Shown one piece after another: positions 40,154-49,388 of a stretch of 64,000 nt of DNA. Source of the stretch: Methylophagaceae bacterium (GTDB lineage Bacteria > Pseudomonadota > Gammaproteobacteria > Nitrosococcales > Methylophagaceae); NCBI GenBank assembly GCA_965219435.1, contig OZ244743.1, positions 1,289,903 through 1,353,902 of the forward strand, in the 5' to 3' direction. A model generated the notes under the pieces. The model was not told the DNA's origin and searched no databases. It saw only the letters and a list, made by a program, of their open reading frames with translations. Each line of letters begins with the position of its first letter. The first letter of the stretch is position 1. A program made the position numbers and the translations under genes.

Positions 40154-40843
40154 ATGAAAAAATTATTATTAACTCTAGCAATGAGTACTACTTTGATAGC
40201 TTGTGCAGCTAACGACCCTAATCAACGGGCTAAAACAGGTGCCGCAGTCGGTGCGGTTGCAGGAGCCCTATTAGGGCATGCGATCGATAATGATAAGGGT
40301 GGCTTACTGATTGGTACGGCAGTGGGGGCCATGGCTGGGGCTGGAGTAGGTCACTATATGGATAATCAGCAACAAGAAATGGAAGCCGCATTAGCATCTG
40401 AGCAAGCGGCACATAATATTGAGGTGCAACGCTTACAAGATGAAAGTTTAAAAATTGATGTGTCGAGTGAGATATCTTTTGATTTTGGCAGTGCTGCATT
40501 AAAATCCACGTTCATGCCAACCTTAATGAAAGTGTCTGATATTTTAGTGCGATATCCCAATACGATAGTTCATGTGGTCGGTCATACGGACAGTGTCGGC
40601 TCAGAAAGCTATAATATGCAACTTTCACAACAGCGGGCGGGATCGGTCGTCAATTATTTTGTCTCTCGGGGCATTCCTAGTGATCGATTGATAACTGTCG
40701 GTCGCGGAGAGCTGGAACCTAGAGCAACTAATGATACCGAAGCCGGTCGTCAATTAAATCGTCGAGTAGAAATATATGTCAAACCCGTCATCGAAGGGCA
40801 AGAATCAAAAGCATTCCAAACACCGCAAAGTGACCAATACTGA
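40154..40843 (+). CDS. OmpA-family lipoprotein with glycine-zipper N-domain
   Basis: Start placed at MKKLLLTLAMSTTLIAC (lipobox LIAC, aaggaag upstream). Gly-zipper GAAVGAVAGALLG / GTAVGAMAGAGVG. OmpA C-like domain VVGHTDSVGSESYNMQLSQQRA...NRRVEI. Confidence 0.85.
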   Translation: MKKLLLTLAMSTTLIACAANDPNQRAKTGAAVGAVAGALLGHAIDNDKGGLLIGTAVGAMAGAGVGHYMDNQQQEMEAALASEQAAHNIEVQRLQDESLKIDVSSEISFDFGSAALKSTFMPTLMKVSDILVRYPNTIVHVVGHTDSVGSESYNMQLSQQRAGSVVNYFVSRGIPSDRLITVGRGELEPRATNDTEAGRQLNRRVEIYVKPVIEGQESKAFQTPQSDQY

Positions 40844-41600
40844 TCGTAATAGCAATACATCGCGTAATGACCTGATCTTTGGATTACATGCCATACAGGC
40901 CGCTCTTGAAATGCCTGTAACGCGTGTGACGGAAGTTTGGTTGTCAGATGAACGGCATGATGATCGCATTGCGTCGATTATTGAGGCTGCAAAGTCACAT
41001 GATGTTTCTATTCATAAAGTCGATAGCGAACAACTTGATGAGATGGCGCCAGATGCTCGGCATCAAGGTGGTGTGGCTCGTTGCACACCACTTCGTGATT
41101 TAGATGAAACGGATTTAGATAAAATTTTAGATGATCTTAAGGATGCACCATTTTTATTAGTGTTAGATGGTGTGCAAGATCCGCATAATCTCGGTGCATG
41201 TATGAGAACGGCTGAAGCAGCCGGGGCGCATGCAGTGATTGCACCCAAAGATCGAGCATCAAGTTTAACCAGTACGGCGTTAAAAGTATCCAGTGGTGCC
41301 GCTGAACGTTTGCCCTTTATTCAGGTGACTAACTTGGCGCGCGTTTTGCGCGAATTGCAGCAGCGAGGTATTTGGGTAGTTGGAACATCAGGTGAAAGTG
41401 AAGTGACACTTTATGATGCTGACTTGAAGGGACCTTTAGCTATCGTTCTAGGCGCTGAAGGTCGCGGTATTAGACGATTAACTCGTGAGTATTGCGATCA
41501 TGTCATGTATATCCCAATGCAGGGTGGAGCGGAAAGTTTGAATGTTTCCGTGGCGGCTGGCGTGTGTTTATTTGAAGCATTTAGACAACGTAACTTGTGA
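40776..41600 (+). CDS. rlmB: 23S rRNA (guanosine-2'-O)-methyltransferase RlmB
   Basis: The core from IFGLHAIQAAL through the SPOUT C-terminus (LVLDGVQDPHNLGACMRTAEAAG, GAEGRGIRRLT, ESLNVSVAAGV) is clear. The ATG at 40776 overlaps the upstream gene by 68 nt. An in-frame GTG at 40830 is an alternative start. Confidence 0.85.
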   Translation: MSNPSSKGKNQKHSKHRKVTNTDRNSNTSRNDLIFGLHAIQAALEMPVTRVTEVWLSDERHDDRIASIIEAAKSHDVSIHKVDSEQLDEMAPDARHQGGVARCTPLRDLDETDLDKILDDLKDAPFLLVLDGVQDPHNLGACMRTAEAAGAHAVIAPKDRASSLTSTALKVSSGAAERLPFIQVTNLARVLRELQQRGIWVVGTSGESEVTLYDADLKGPLAIVLGAEGRGIRRLTREYCDHVMYIPMQGGAESLNVSVAAGVCLFEAFRQRNL

Positions 41601-41708
41601 TTATGTAACAAGATAACGTAAAATCGCCGATTGCCTTTTATGTAGTTATATATCGGCAAAACTCCTTGCCTCAATTTTTGGGGCTGTATAAACCGTGAGG
41701 AGCTCTTA

Positions 41709-42062
41709 ATGAGACATTACGAAATCGTGTTTCTGGTCCACCCTGATCAGAGTGAACAAGTACCTGCAATGGTTGAAAAATACCAGCAGATTCTAACAAG
41801 CAATGGTGGTGCAGTGCACCGTTTTGAAGATTGGGGTCGCCGTCAATTAGCTTACCCAATCAACAAAATTCACAAGGCACACTACATTCTAATGAATGTC
41901 GAATGTGATGTTGAGCAATTGAATGAAGTAACAACTGCTTTCCGTTTCAATGACGCTGTTATTCGTAATCTTGTCGTAACTACTGATGGTGCTGTTACTG
42001 AACCGTCACCAATGATGCGTAAAGATGAAGAAGAAAAACCGCGTAGACGCGATAACGCTTAA
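41709..42062 (+). CDS. rpsF: 30S ribosomal protein S6
   Basis: [18 protein letters not shown]...[10 protein letters not shown]. Confidence 0.97.
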   Translation: MRHYEIVFLVHPDQSEQVPAMVEKYQQILTSNGGAVHRFEDWGRRQLAYPINKIHKAHYILMNVECDVEQLNEVTTAFRFNDAVIRNLVVTTDGAVTEPSPMMRKDEEEKPRRRDNA

Positions 42063-42079
42063 AACCCAAGGAGCATACA

Positions 42080-42307
42080 ATGGCACGTTTTTTTAGACGT
42101 AGAAGATTTTGTCGCTTCACCGCTGAAGGTGTTAAGCAAATCGATTATAAAGATGTAACTTTATTGAAAAATTACATTACAGAAACAGGAAAAATTGTTC
42201 CTAGTCGTATTACAGGGACTAAAGCGCGTTACCAACGTCAGCTTTCAACATGTGTGAAACGTGCGCGTTTCCTAGCGTTGATTCCTTACTGCGATATGCA
42301 TAAGTAA
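42080..42307 (+). CDS. rpsR: 30S ribosomal protein S18
   Basis: [22 protein letters not shown]...ITGT.ARYQRQL...AR.LALIPY. Confidence 0.97.
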   Translation: MARFFRRRRFCRFTAEGVKQIDYKDVTLLKNYITETGKIVPSRITGTKARYQRQLSTCVKRARFLALIPYCDMHK

Positions 42308-42359
42308 AGACATATTGTTATCCAAAACATCGAATCACAATTAAGACGTAAGTAAAAAA

Positions 42360-43277
42360 ATGTTGCAGAATCTTGCACTATTTTCAATGCGAGGCCGTTG
42401 GCAAGCCGCTGGTGTCATAGCATTACTTTCGATTGCCGCTTTGATGTTACCTCCCTTTAGCTATTTAGCGAGTGGGATAATTGTTCTCTGTACTTTACGT
42501 ATGGGGCCAAAAGAAGGAATAAGGGTTGTTCTGGCCACTACCGTGTTATTCACATTATTAACCGCGGTGTTACTAGATAAGATTTTTATTTCAGGATTGT
42601 TCTTAATATCAAGTTGGTTGCCTATTTTGGGAGTAAGTTTGGTATTGGGTTATACGCGTTCGCTGGCGGTGAGTTTACTGGCAGCAACGGGTTTGGGTAT
42701 AGTGGTTGTATTAGGTTTTTATTTAGTATTACCAAACCCAATGGTGTGGTGGCAAGCATTGATTGAGCCAATTGCTGAGACTTTAGGTCAGCAGCCTGGT
42801 TGGCAGTTCGATCAAGTACAAACACACACTATAATATTGAATTTATCGGTCATGATGACGGGTTTAATGGCTGCGGGTTTGAGCCTCAATGTTATATTGG
42901 GTTTGTTGGTTGGCCGGTCATGGCAAGCTAAATTGTATAATCCGGGTGGTTTTGCGACTGAGTTTCAACAGCTTCGACTTGGCAAATCCGCAGCAATATT
43001 GACGGTTGTAATAATGAGTGTGACGGCGTTACCTTTGAGTAATAACGTCGCAGTACTACGAGAGTGTTTGCCTCTTTTGCTGGTGTTATTTAGTTTGCAA
43101 GGGTTGTCAGTAGTACATGCCATTGTTAAACAACAACAAAGACAGTCATTTTGGTTAGTAGCAGTATATGTATTACTCATTGTAATGGTGCCGCAAATGG
43201 CGGTGTTGTTGACAATGATAGGTGTTTTGGAACAGTGGTTTAATTTTCGTCGACTTTCATTAGGAAGTGACGAGTGA
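42360..43277 (+). CDS. polytopic membrane protein of unknown function embedded in the rpsF-rplI operon
   Basis: 305 aa, hydrophobic throughout (about 8 helices). Sits between rpsR and rplI on the same strand. I recall the same arrangement in Pseudomonas. Confidence 0.6.
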   Translation: MLQNLALFSMRGRWQAAGVIALLSIAALMLPPFSYLASGIIVLCTLRMGPKEGIRVVLATTVLFTLLTAVLLDKIFISGLFLISSWLPILGVSLVLGYTRSLAVSLLAATGLGIVVVLGFYLVLPNPMVWWQALIEPIAETLGQQPGWQFDQVQTHTIILNLSVMMTGLMAAGLSLNVILGLLVGRSWQAKLYNPGGFATEFQQLRLGKSAAILTVVIMSVTALPLSNNVAVLRECLPLLLVLFSLQGLSVVHAIVKQQQRQSFWLVAVYVLLIVMVPQMAVLLTMIGVLEQWFNFRRLSLGSDE

Positions 43278-43317
43278 CTTTAAAGAGCAGTGTTTCACTG
43301 CGAATGAGGGTAGAACG

Positions 43318-43866
43318 ATGCAAGTAATTTTGCTAGAAAAAATGCAGAAACTTGGAAACCTAGGTGATGAAGTTTCAGTTAAAGCTGGCTTTGGACGTAA
43401 TTTCTTAGTACCTAAAGGTAAAGCTTTATCTGCAAACAAGCGTAACAGAGAAATTTTTGAAACGCGTCGTGCAGAGCTAGAAGCCGCGGCAGCTAAATTG
43501 CAAGGTGAAGCTGAAGTGCGTAAAGCTAAACTAGTTAAAGCCGGTGATGTCAATATCATGGCTAATGCTGGTATTGAAGGTAAATTGTTTGGTTCAGTTG
43601 GCGCTTTAGACATCACCGATGTATTGAATGCTGCTGGCGCTGATATTGACCGTAGTGAAGTGCGCCTTCCTGAAGGACCATTACGTCACACAGGTGAATA
43701 CGATATTACTATTCAACTGCATGCAGATGTTATTGCTGTTGTTAAAGTAAATGTAACGTCTGAAGCTCAACTGCAAGCACAAGCTGAAGCAGAAGAAGCG
43801 AACAAAGCAAGAGCAAAAGCGTTAGAAGAAGCTGAAGCAATTGCAAAAGCACAAGAAGATGCTTAA
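43318..43866 (+). CDS. rplI: 50S ribosomal protein L9 with a 33-aa Ala/Glu/Gln/Lys-rich C-terminal extension
   Basis: MQVILLEKMQKLGNLGDEVSVKAGFGRNFLVPKGKA is colinear with E. coli L9 through VKVNVTSE, with gaggg upstream. It is followed by AQLQAQAEAEEANKARAKALEEAEAIAKAQEDA. Confidence 0.95.
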   Translation: MQVILLEKMQKLGNLGDEVSVKAGFGRNFLVPKGKALSANKRNREIFETRRAELEAAAAKLQGEAEVRKAKLVKAGDVNIMANAGIEGKLFGSVGALDITDVLNAAGADIDRSEVRLPEGPLRHTGEYDITIQLHADVIAVVKVNVTSEAQLQAQAEAEEANKARAKALEEAEAIAKAQEDA

Positions 43867-43877
43867 AAAGTAACAAC

Positions 43878-43917
43878 AATGGGGCTGATAAATATTAGCC
43901 CCATTACCTAATTTTAG
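43878..43917 (+). terminator. hairpin after rplI, candidate terminator
   Basis: aatggggct / agccccatt forms a 9-bp stem with a 10-nt loop, then acctaatttta. The U-tract is not immediately adjacent. Confidence 0.5.
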
Positions 43918-43972
43918 TTAGACCATATTAAAAGGTTTAACTGTCTAAAGATAATGTGTGTAACACAACTGG

Positions 43973-45385
43973 GTGACTGCTGTGGATGATGATTTAAACT
44001 ATCCTGAATCCTATACCGATATGGCAACACACGCACTCAAGATTCCGCCTCATTCCATTGAAGCCGAGCAATCTGTGCTAGGTGGACTCATGCTTGATAA
44101 TAATAGTTGGGAAAAAGTTGCCGACTTGTTAGTTGATCATGATTTCTATCGCCGAGACCACCAACTTATTTTTCGTGGTATTGCCGCATTATTTGAAAAG
44201 TCCGAACCTGTTGACGTCATTACTTTAGCCGAATGGCATGATACTCGCGGCGAGCTTGATCAAGTTGGTCAATTGGCATACTTAGGCATGTTAGCCCGAA
44301 ATACTCCGAGTGCTGCCAACATCGTTGCCTACGCATCTATCGTTCGTGAGCGTTCAATTTTAAGGCAATTAATTACTATTGGCACCACTATCTCTAACGA
44401 TGCGTTTAATCCCGATGGACGCAGCAGTGAAGAGATGTTGGATCAAGCCGAGCGACAAGTTTTTGAAATTGCTGAAAAAGGCGCCAAACGGAGTGGCGGG
44501 TTCATTCAAGTTAAAGAAGTATTGAGTAAAGTTGTTGATCGTATCGATACTTTATTTGAAAATGACAGTCCTATAACCGGGCTCTCTACTGGTTTTACTG
44601 ATTTTGATAATGAAACATCAGGTTTACAGCCCGCCGATTTAGTCATTGTCGCAGGGCGACCATCAATGGGTAAAACGACCTTTGCAATGAATCTTGCCGA
44701 GAATGCGGCAATCAAAAGTAAACAGCCTGTTGCTGTATTTAGTATGGAAATGCCTGCTGATGCACTGGCCATGAGGATGTTGTCATCACTTGGTCAAATA
44801 GATCAACACCGTCTACGGACGGGTCGTTTAAATGATGATGATTGGCCTCGCTTGACCTCCGCTATCGCCTTATTGAATGAGGCACCTTTGTTTATCGATG
44901 ATACACCAGCATTATCGGTCACTGAATTGCGAGCACGTGCACGTCGTTTGAAGCGCGAACATGGACTGAGCTTAATTGTTATCGATTATATTCAGTTGAT
45001 GCAAGGTAGTGGTAAGACAGGTGAGAATAGAACGACTGAAGTCTCCGAGATCTCACGATCGCTAAAAGCATTAGCAAAAGAGCTTGAAGTACCTGTTATT
45101 GCTTTATCTCAGCTTAACCGAAGCCTAGAGCAGCGGCCTAATAAGCGGCCAATTATGTCTGATTTACGTGAGTCAGGCGCGATTGAACAAGATGCTGATT
45201 TAATTGTCTTTATTTATCGCGATGAAGTGTACAACGAAGATTCAACGGATAAAGGTAAAGCTGAAATCATTATTGGTAAGCAGCGTAATGGTCCAATTGG
45301 CACTGTGGCGCTGACCTTCCAGGGGAAATATACTCGTTTTGAGAATTTTGCTTATCAAAATTACGATGATTATAGTGAGCAATAA
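43973..45385 (+). CDS. dnaB: replicative DNA helicase DnaB
   Basis: PPHSIEAEQSVLGGLMLDN, Walker A GRPSMGKTT, and SQLNRSLEQR. The GTG start at 43973 gives an E. coli-like N-terminal length. An ATG at 44021 is an alternative. Confidence 0.95.
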   Translation: MTAVDDDLNYPESYTDMATHALKIPPHSIEAEQSVLGGLMLDNNSWEKVADLLVDHDFYRRDHQLIFRGIAALFEKSEPVDVITLAEWHDTRGELDQVGQLAYLGMLARNTPSAANIVAYASIVRERSILRQLITIGTTISNDAFNPDGRSSEEMLDQAERQVFEIAEKGAKRSGGFIQVKEVLSKVVDRIDTLFENDSPITGLSTGFTDFDNETSGLQPADLVIVAGRPSMGKTTFAMNLAENAAIKSKQPVAVFSMEMPADALAMRMLSSLGQIDQHRLRTGRLNDDDWPRLTSAIALLNEAPLFIDDTPALSVTELRARARRLKREHGLSLIVIDYIQLMQGSGKTGENRTTEVSEISRSLKALAKELEVPVIALSQLNRSLEQRPNKRPIMSDLRESGAIEQDADLIVFIYRDEVYNEDSTDKGKAEIIIGKQRNGPIGTVALTFQGKYTRFENFAYQNYDDYSEQ

Positions 45386-45387
45386 CG

Positions 45388-46473
45388 GTGTCGTCTTATC
45401 CTGTTGCTCGAATTGATCTAGCGGCGCTGCAATATAATTTTGAACGTATAAAACAGCTTGCACCCAACAGCCGCGTTATGTCGGTCATCAAAGCCAATGC
45501 ATACGGACATGGTGCGATTCAAGTTGCACAGGCACTTCAGAAAAGTGATGCTTTTGCTGTGGCAAGGCTATCTGATGGCGTGCAGTTGCGTGCTTCTGGT
45601 ATTAGGCAACCGATTGTCGTCCTAGAGGGGGTTATGTCAGTAACTGACCTAGAAGTTGCAGCAGAAAATACATTATCAATAGTATTTCATCATCCTTTAC
45701 AACTTGAGTTGCTTAAAACTGCCACATTGCACCAACCCCTGTCTTTTTGCTGGTTAATGTTAGAAACAGGAATGCATCGTTTAGGCCTGCCAGTTGAAAC
45801 TATTTCAGATGCTTTGCACGCATTATCAACAAGCCGCAATATTTCAGGAAATATTGGATTGATGAGCCACTTTGCGAATTCAGATTTAGTGGAGGATCCT
45901 AGAAATCAGCAGCAGTTAAGTAAACTGATGAGTTGTGCTGAACAGTATGACTTAGAAGTCAGTATGGCCAATTCTGCAGCAATACTGTCAATGACTACCA
46001 GTCATAAAGGCTGGATACGTCCCGGTCTTATGCTATATGGTGCTTCACCTTTTGCGGATAAAACGGCTAGTGAATTGGACTTAAAGCCCGTGATGTTACT
46101 AACATCTAACTTAATTGCTATTCAGTATATTGAGGCTGGCGATCAAGTTGGTTACGGCGGTATTTGGACTGCAAAAAAAGCAGGTCGTATAGGGATTGTG
46201 AGCATTGGTTATGCCGATGGTTATAGTCGCCAGCTTTCAGATGTCGGAAGGGTAGTCATTAATAATCAAAAGACGACAATACTCGGTCGGGTTTCGATGG
46301 ATATGATTGCAGTTGATTTAACTAATTTGGATCCTGTTAGTATTGGTGATGAAGTGATTCTGTGGGGCACTGATTTGTTGACAGTTGATGATGTTGCCCA
46401 TGTTGCGAAGACTATTTCTTACGAATTATTTTGCCAACTGAGTGAGCGTGTAACAAGGGATTATCATGGCTAA
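45388..46473 (+). CDS. alr: alanine racemase
   Basis: VIKANAYGHG (PLP lysine) and YGGIW...GYADGY. GTG start lies 3 nt after the dnaB stop. Confidence 0.9.
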   Translation: MSSYPVARIDLAALQYNFERIKQLAPNSRVMSVIKANAYGHGAIQVAQALQKSDAFAVARLSDGVQLRASGIRQPIVVLEGVMSVTDLEVAAENTLSIVFHHPLQLELLKTATLHQPLSFCWLMLETGMHRLGLPVETISDALHALSTSRNISGNIGLMSHFANSDLVEDPRNQQQLSKLMSCAEQYDLEVSMANSAAILSMTTSHKGWIRPGLMLYGASPFADKTASELDLKPVMLLTSNLIAIQYIEAGDQVGYGGIWTAKKAGRIGIVSIGYADGYSRQLSDVGRVVINNQKTTILGRVSMDMIAVDLTNLDPVSIGDEVILWGTDLLTVDDVAHVAKTISYELFCQLSERVTRDYHG

Positions 46474-47854
46474 GCCAAAGCGTGTTTATCGTTGTAAAGA
46501 GTGCGGGGCACAAACACCTCAATGGGGTGGGCGTTGTGCTGAGTGTGGGGCATGGAATAGTCTGGAGGAAGAGATTCAAGCTCCAGCATCAGGGGGGAAT
46601 CAATCAACTATAAGCCGACATACTGGTTATGCGGGCGAGCAAAAGAACCAAGTTCAATCTTTAAGTGCCGTTACTTCAGAACAAGCTGTACGTTGGACAA
46701 CCGGATTAGATGAACTCGATCGTGTTCTAGGTGGCGGTTTAGTGACCGGCTCGGTAGTATTAATTGGTGGTGATCCTGGTATTGGAAAGTCGACGCTATT
46801 ACTGCAAGCAATGGCTATCATGGCTAAAACAAGTGGTGTGAGCCCTTTATATATTAGTGGTGAAGAATCATTGCAACAGATTCGTTTACGTGCCGAACGA
46901 TTGCAATTAGAAAATGCGCCGTTAGATTTGATGGCTGAAACCCATGCTGAACAAATGATTGCCACGGCACATGCTCGCAAACCGCAAGTCATGGTTATCG
47001 ATTCTATTCAAACCGTATTTACCGAGTTATTACAGTCAGCTCCCGGAACCGTGGCTCAGGTCCGTGAAAGTGCTGCTCAGTTAGTCCGTTTCGCAAAATC
47101 GAGTGGTACAACATTGATTTTAGTGGGTCATGTTACCAAGCAGGGTGCGTTAGCGGGGCCGCGAGTTTTAGAGCATATGGTAGATACTGTATTGTATTTT
47201 GAAGGTGATACTTCTAGTCGATTCAGGATCTTGCGTGCTGTAAAAAATCGCTTTGGTGCAATTAATGAGCTTGGCGTATTCGCAATGACGGAACTGGGCT
47301 TGAAAGAGGTCAGTAATCCATCGGCTATTTTCTTATCACGTGGTGAAGCATCACTTGCCGGTAGTGTTGTGACGGTGATCAGAGAAGGTAGTCGCCCCAT
47401 GCTGGTGGAAGTGCAAGCATTGGTAGATGATAGTCCGTTAGGTAATCCAAGAAGGGTCTCGGTTGGCTTGGAGCAAAATCGCTTGGCGATGTTATTGGCG
47501 ATATTGCATCGACATGGTGGCATTACTTGTAATGACCAAGATGTATTTATCAATGTGGTCGGAGGAGTGAAGCTAAGCGAAACTGGGGCCGATTTAGCGG
47601 TGTTAGCCGCTGTCTTGTCGAGTTTACGAAATAAAGCTGTGCCACAAGACTGGGTTTTATTTGGTGAAGTAGGTTTAACGGGAGAAATTAGGCCTGTTCA
47701 AGCAGGTGAAGAACGCATTCATGATGCAGCAAAGCATGGCTTTAGTCATGCGATTGTGCCTGTTGCCAATGCACCACGTAAAGCGATTAAGGGTATCAAG
47801 GTGACCGCGGTGAAACATCTATCTGATGCTATATCAGCACTATTGGATCAATGA
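46466..47854 (+). CDS. radA: DNA repair protein RadA (Sms)
   Basis: Zinc finger CKECGAQTPQWGGRCAECGAWN, Walker A GGDPGIGKST, KNRFG, and a Lon-like C-terminal domain. Confidence 0.95.
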   Translation: MAKPKRVYRCKECGAQTPQWGGRCAECGAWNSLEEEIQAPASGGNQSTISRHTGYAGEQKNQVQSLSAVTSEQAVRWTTGLDELDRVLGGGLVTGSVVLIGGDPGIGKSTLLLQAMAIMAKTSGVSPLYISGEESLQQIRLRAERLQLENAPLDLMAETHAEQMIATAHARKPQVMVIDSIQTVFTELLQSAPGTVAQVRESAAQLVRFAKSSGTTLILVGHVTKQGALAGPRVLEHMVDTVLYFEGDTSSRFRILRAVKNRFGAINELGVFAMTELGLKEVSNPSAIFLSRGEASLAGSVVTVIREGSRPMLVEVQALVDDSPLGNPRRVSVGLEQNRLAMLLAILHRHGGITCNDQDVFINVVGGVKLSETGADLAVLAAVLSSLRNKAVPQDWVLFGEVGLTGEIRPVQAGEERIHDAAKHGFSHAIVPVANAPRKAIKGIKVTAVKHLSDAISALLDQ

Positions 47855-48229
47855 GGCAAGCTCACGGTGTAATAAGGCTTCATCACCTAAATTAAGTTCA
47901 ACCAGCCGTTTTAAATGACTAATACTCTCTAAATCGATATGCTCACAAAGAAATCCGATGGCAGTATCATCTATATGGGCGACAGCCGCTGACATTTTAA
48001 TAATGAGTTGTGCATTTTCAAGTAGTAAGTCGATTTGATATTTATCTGTAAGCTGACCATTCCAGCCATCAGGTCTGGCCACTAAAATACCTTTTAACGA
48101 AACATCGAATACTTCACAGTTGAGGTGTAACTCACCTTTTTCAGCATGAATATGGGCTTGGGCAATAAACGGAATACGGCTAAAATGACGACGTTCATCA
48201 ACGTTAGTATTCGACATATTTATCTCCAT
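47840..48229 (-). CDS. PilZ domain protein
   Basis: 129 aa. ERRHFSRIPF supplies RxxxR and DVSLKGILV supplies DxSxxG. Its 3' end overlaps the radA 3' end by 15 nt (convergent). Confidence 0.75.
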   Translation of the reverse strand: MEINMSNTNVDERRHFSRIPFIAQAHIHAEKGELHLNCEVFDVSLKGILVARPDGWNGQLTDKYQIDLLLENAQLIIKMSAAVAHIDDTAIGFLCEHIDLESISHLKRLVELNLGDEALLHRELASLIQ

Positions 48230-48276
48230 GATAGATTACACTGAGACTGACTATATTAGACCAAAAGGGTTAAGCG

Positions 48277-48702
48277 ATGTTATGGGTTAAAGCATTTCAT
48301 ATTATTTCTGTAGTAACTTGGTTTGCTGCGCTTTTTTATCTACCAAGGTTATTTGTTTATCATGCTATGTGTGATGACACTTTAAGCAGTGAGCGTTTTA
48401 AAGTTATGGAGCGAAAGCTTTATCGCGGCATTATGACTCCCAGTGCGGTATTAACCTTAATATTGGGAGCATGGCTACTGAGTTACTATACTTTGGCGCA
48501 GTTAGCTACAATGAATTGGCTACACCTTAAACTCGTTTTGGTCCTTTTTCTACTTGGTTATCATGTTTATTGCGGTCGCTTACTTCGCCAATTCAAAAAC
48601 GATAAAAACATACATACTCATATTTTTTACCGTTGGTTCAATGAACTACCGGTCTTTATCTTATTTGCGGTAGTCATTTTGGTTGTTGTTAAGCCCTTTT
48701 AA
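48277..48702 (+). CDS. hemJ: protoporphyrinogen IX oxidase HemJ
   Basis: 141 aa with 4 TM helices. MLWVKAFHIISVVTWFAALFYLPRLFVYH is the characteristic HemJ (UPF0093) N-terminus. Confidence 0.8.
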   Translation: MLWVKAFHIISVVTWFAALFYLPRLFVYHAMCDDTLSSERFKVMERKLYRGIMTPSAVLTLILGAWLLSYYTLAQLATMNWLHLKLVLVLFLLGYHVYCGRLLRQFKNDKNIHTHIFYRWFNELPVFILFAVVILVVVKPF

Positions 48703-48750
48703 ACAATCAATTGTGAACCCTATCCACGAAGGTTGGCGTTTGATAAAAGC

Positions 48751-49326
48751 TTAATCAGTGTATTCAAATATTTTAACCACGCGCTGTACACCTGCTGATT
48801 TGGTGACAATACTAACTGCTCTATCTGCCTCAGCATGGCTAACTAAACCCATTAGATAGACCACGCCATGCTCAGTCACTACTTTTATATAAAAAGGATC
48901 AATGCTTTGATCTGTTGTCAGTTTTGCTTTTATTTTGGATGTAATCCAAGCATCACTACTGCGAGAAGGCAGGGCACTTGGCGCCGCAATAAGTAGTTCA
49001 TTATGGATACGGCGCACTTTAGGAATCGCTTGTATTTCTAAGGTGACTTGTTGTTTAAGTTCCTCGCTAGGCGTTTCACCTGTCAGCAAAACGATACCAT
49101 TATAACTAGTGGCATTAATATGACTTTGGTCATAAATCGCTTTGTTAGCAAATAATGAGCTGGATACTTTGAATTCAATTCCCTGATCATCAATGACAGC
49201 TCCTGTAGAGCGCCTGTCATGGAAAACAGCGGCACCAGTGGCAGCGCCAGTGACGACTGCGGTGGCGCAACCTTGCAGCAATATGACGGGAATAATTAAG
49301 GTTAAAAGTACTTTGAGTATAGGCAT
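48751..49326 (-). CDS. dolP: dual-BON-domain outer membrane lipoprotein (DolP/YraP)
   Basis: 191 aa. Lipobox LLQGC. Two BON repeats (INATSYNGIVLLTGETPS, VVTEHGVVYLMGLVS). Synteny with yraN-lpoA. Confidence 0.8.
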   Translation of the reverse strand: MPILKVLLTLIIPVILLQGCATAVVTGAATGAAVFHDRRSTGAVIDDQGIEFKVSSSLFANKAIYDQSHINATSYNGIVLLTGETPSEELKQQVTLEIQAIPKVRRIHNELLIAAPSALPSRSSDAWITSKIKAKLTTDQSIDPFYIKVVTEHGVVYLMGLVSHAEADRAVSIVTKSAGVQRVVKIFEYTD

Positions 49327-49388
49327 GTCGATATCCTGTTATGTGTAAAAGAACATTATCGCTCTTGAAGGTATGAGTTGGCTAGTAT

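Noticed and set aside
46654-47553. Long antisense ORFs inside radA (112 and 141 aa). Similar ones occur opposite mtnA/SDR (8993..9451, 152 aa), rplI (43260..43616, 118 aa) and pilY1 (31528..31800, 32788..33093).
   Set aside because: Each fully overlaps a confidently identified gene on the other strand. They are low-complexity or Ser/Ala/Pro-rich and have no motifs. This is typical of shadow ORFs.
49327-49388. Absence of a diaA/SIS-domain gene between yraN and the BON lipoprotein gene, which I recall being present in E. coli and Pseudomonas.
   Set aside because: The gap is only 62 bp, with no gene remnant visible. This looks like ordinary lineage-specific gene content variation, not a finding in itself.
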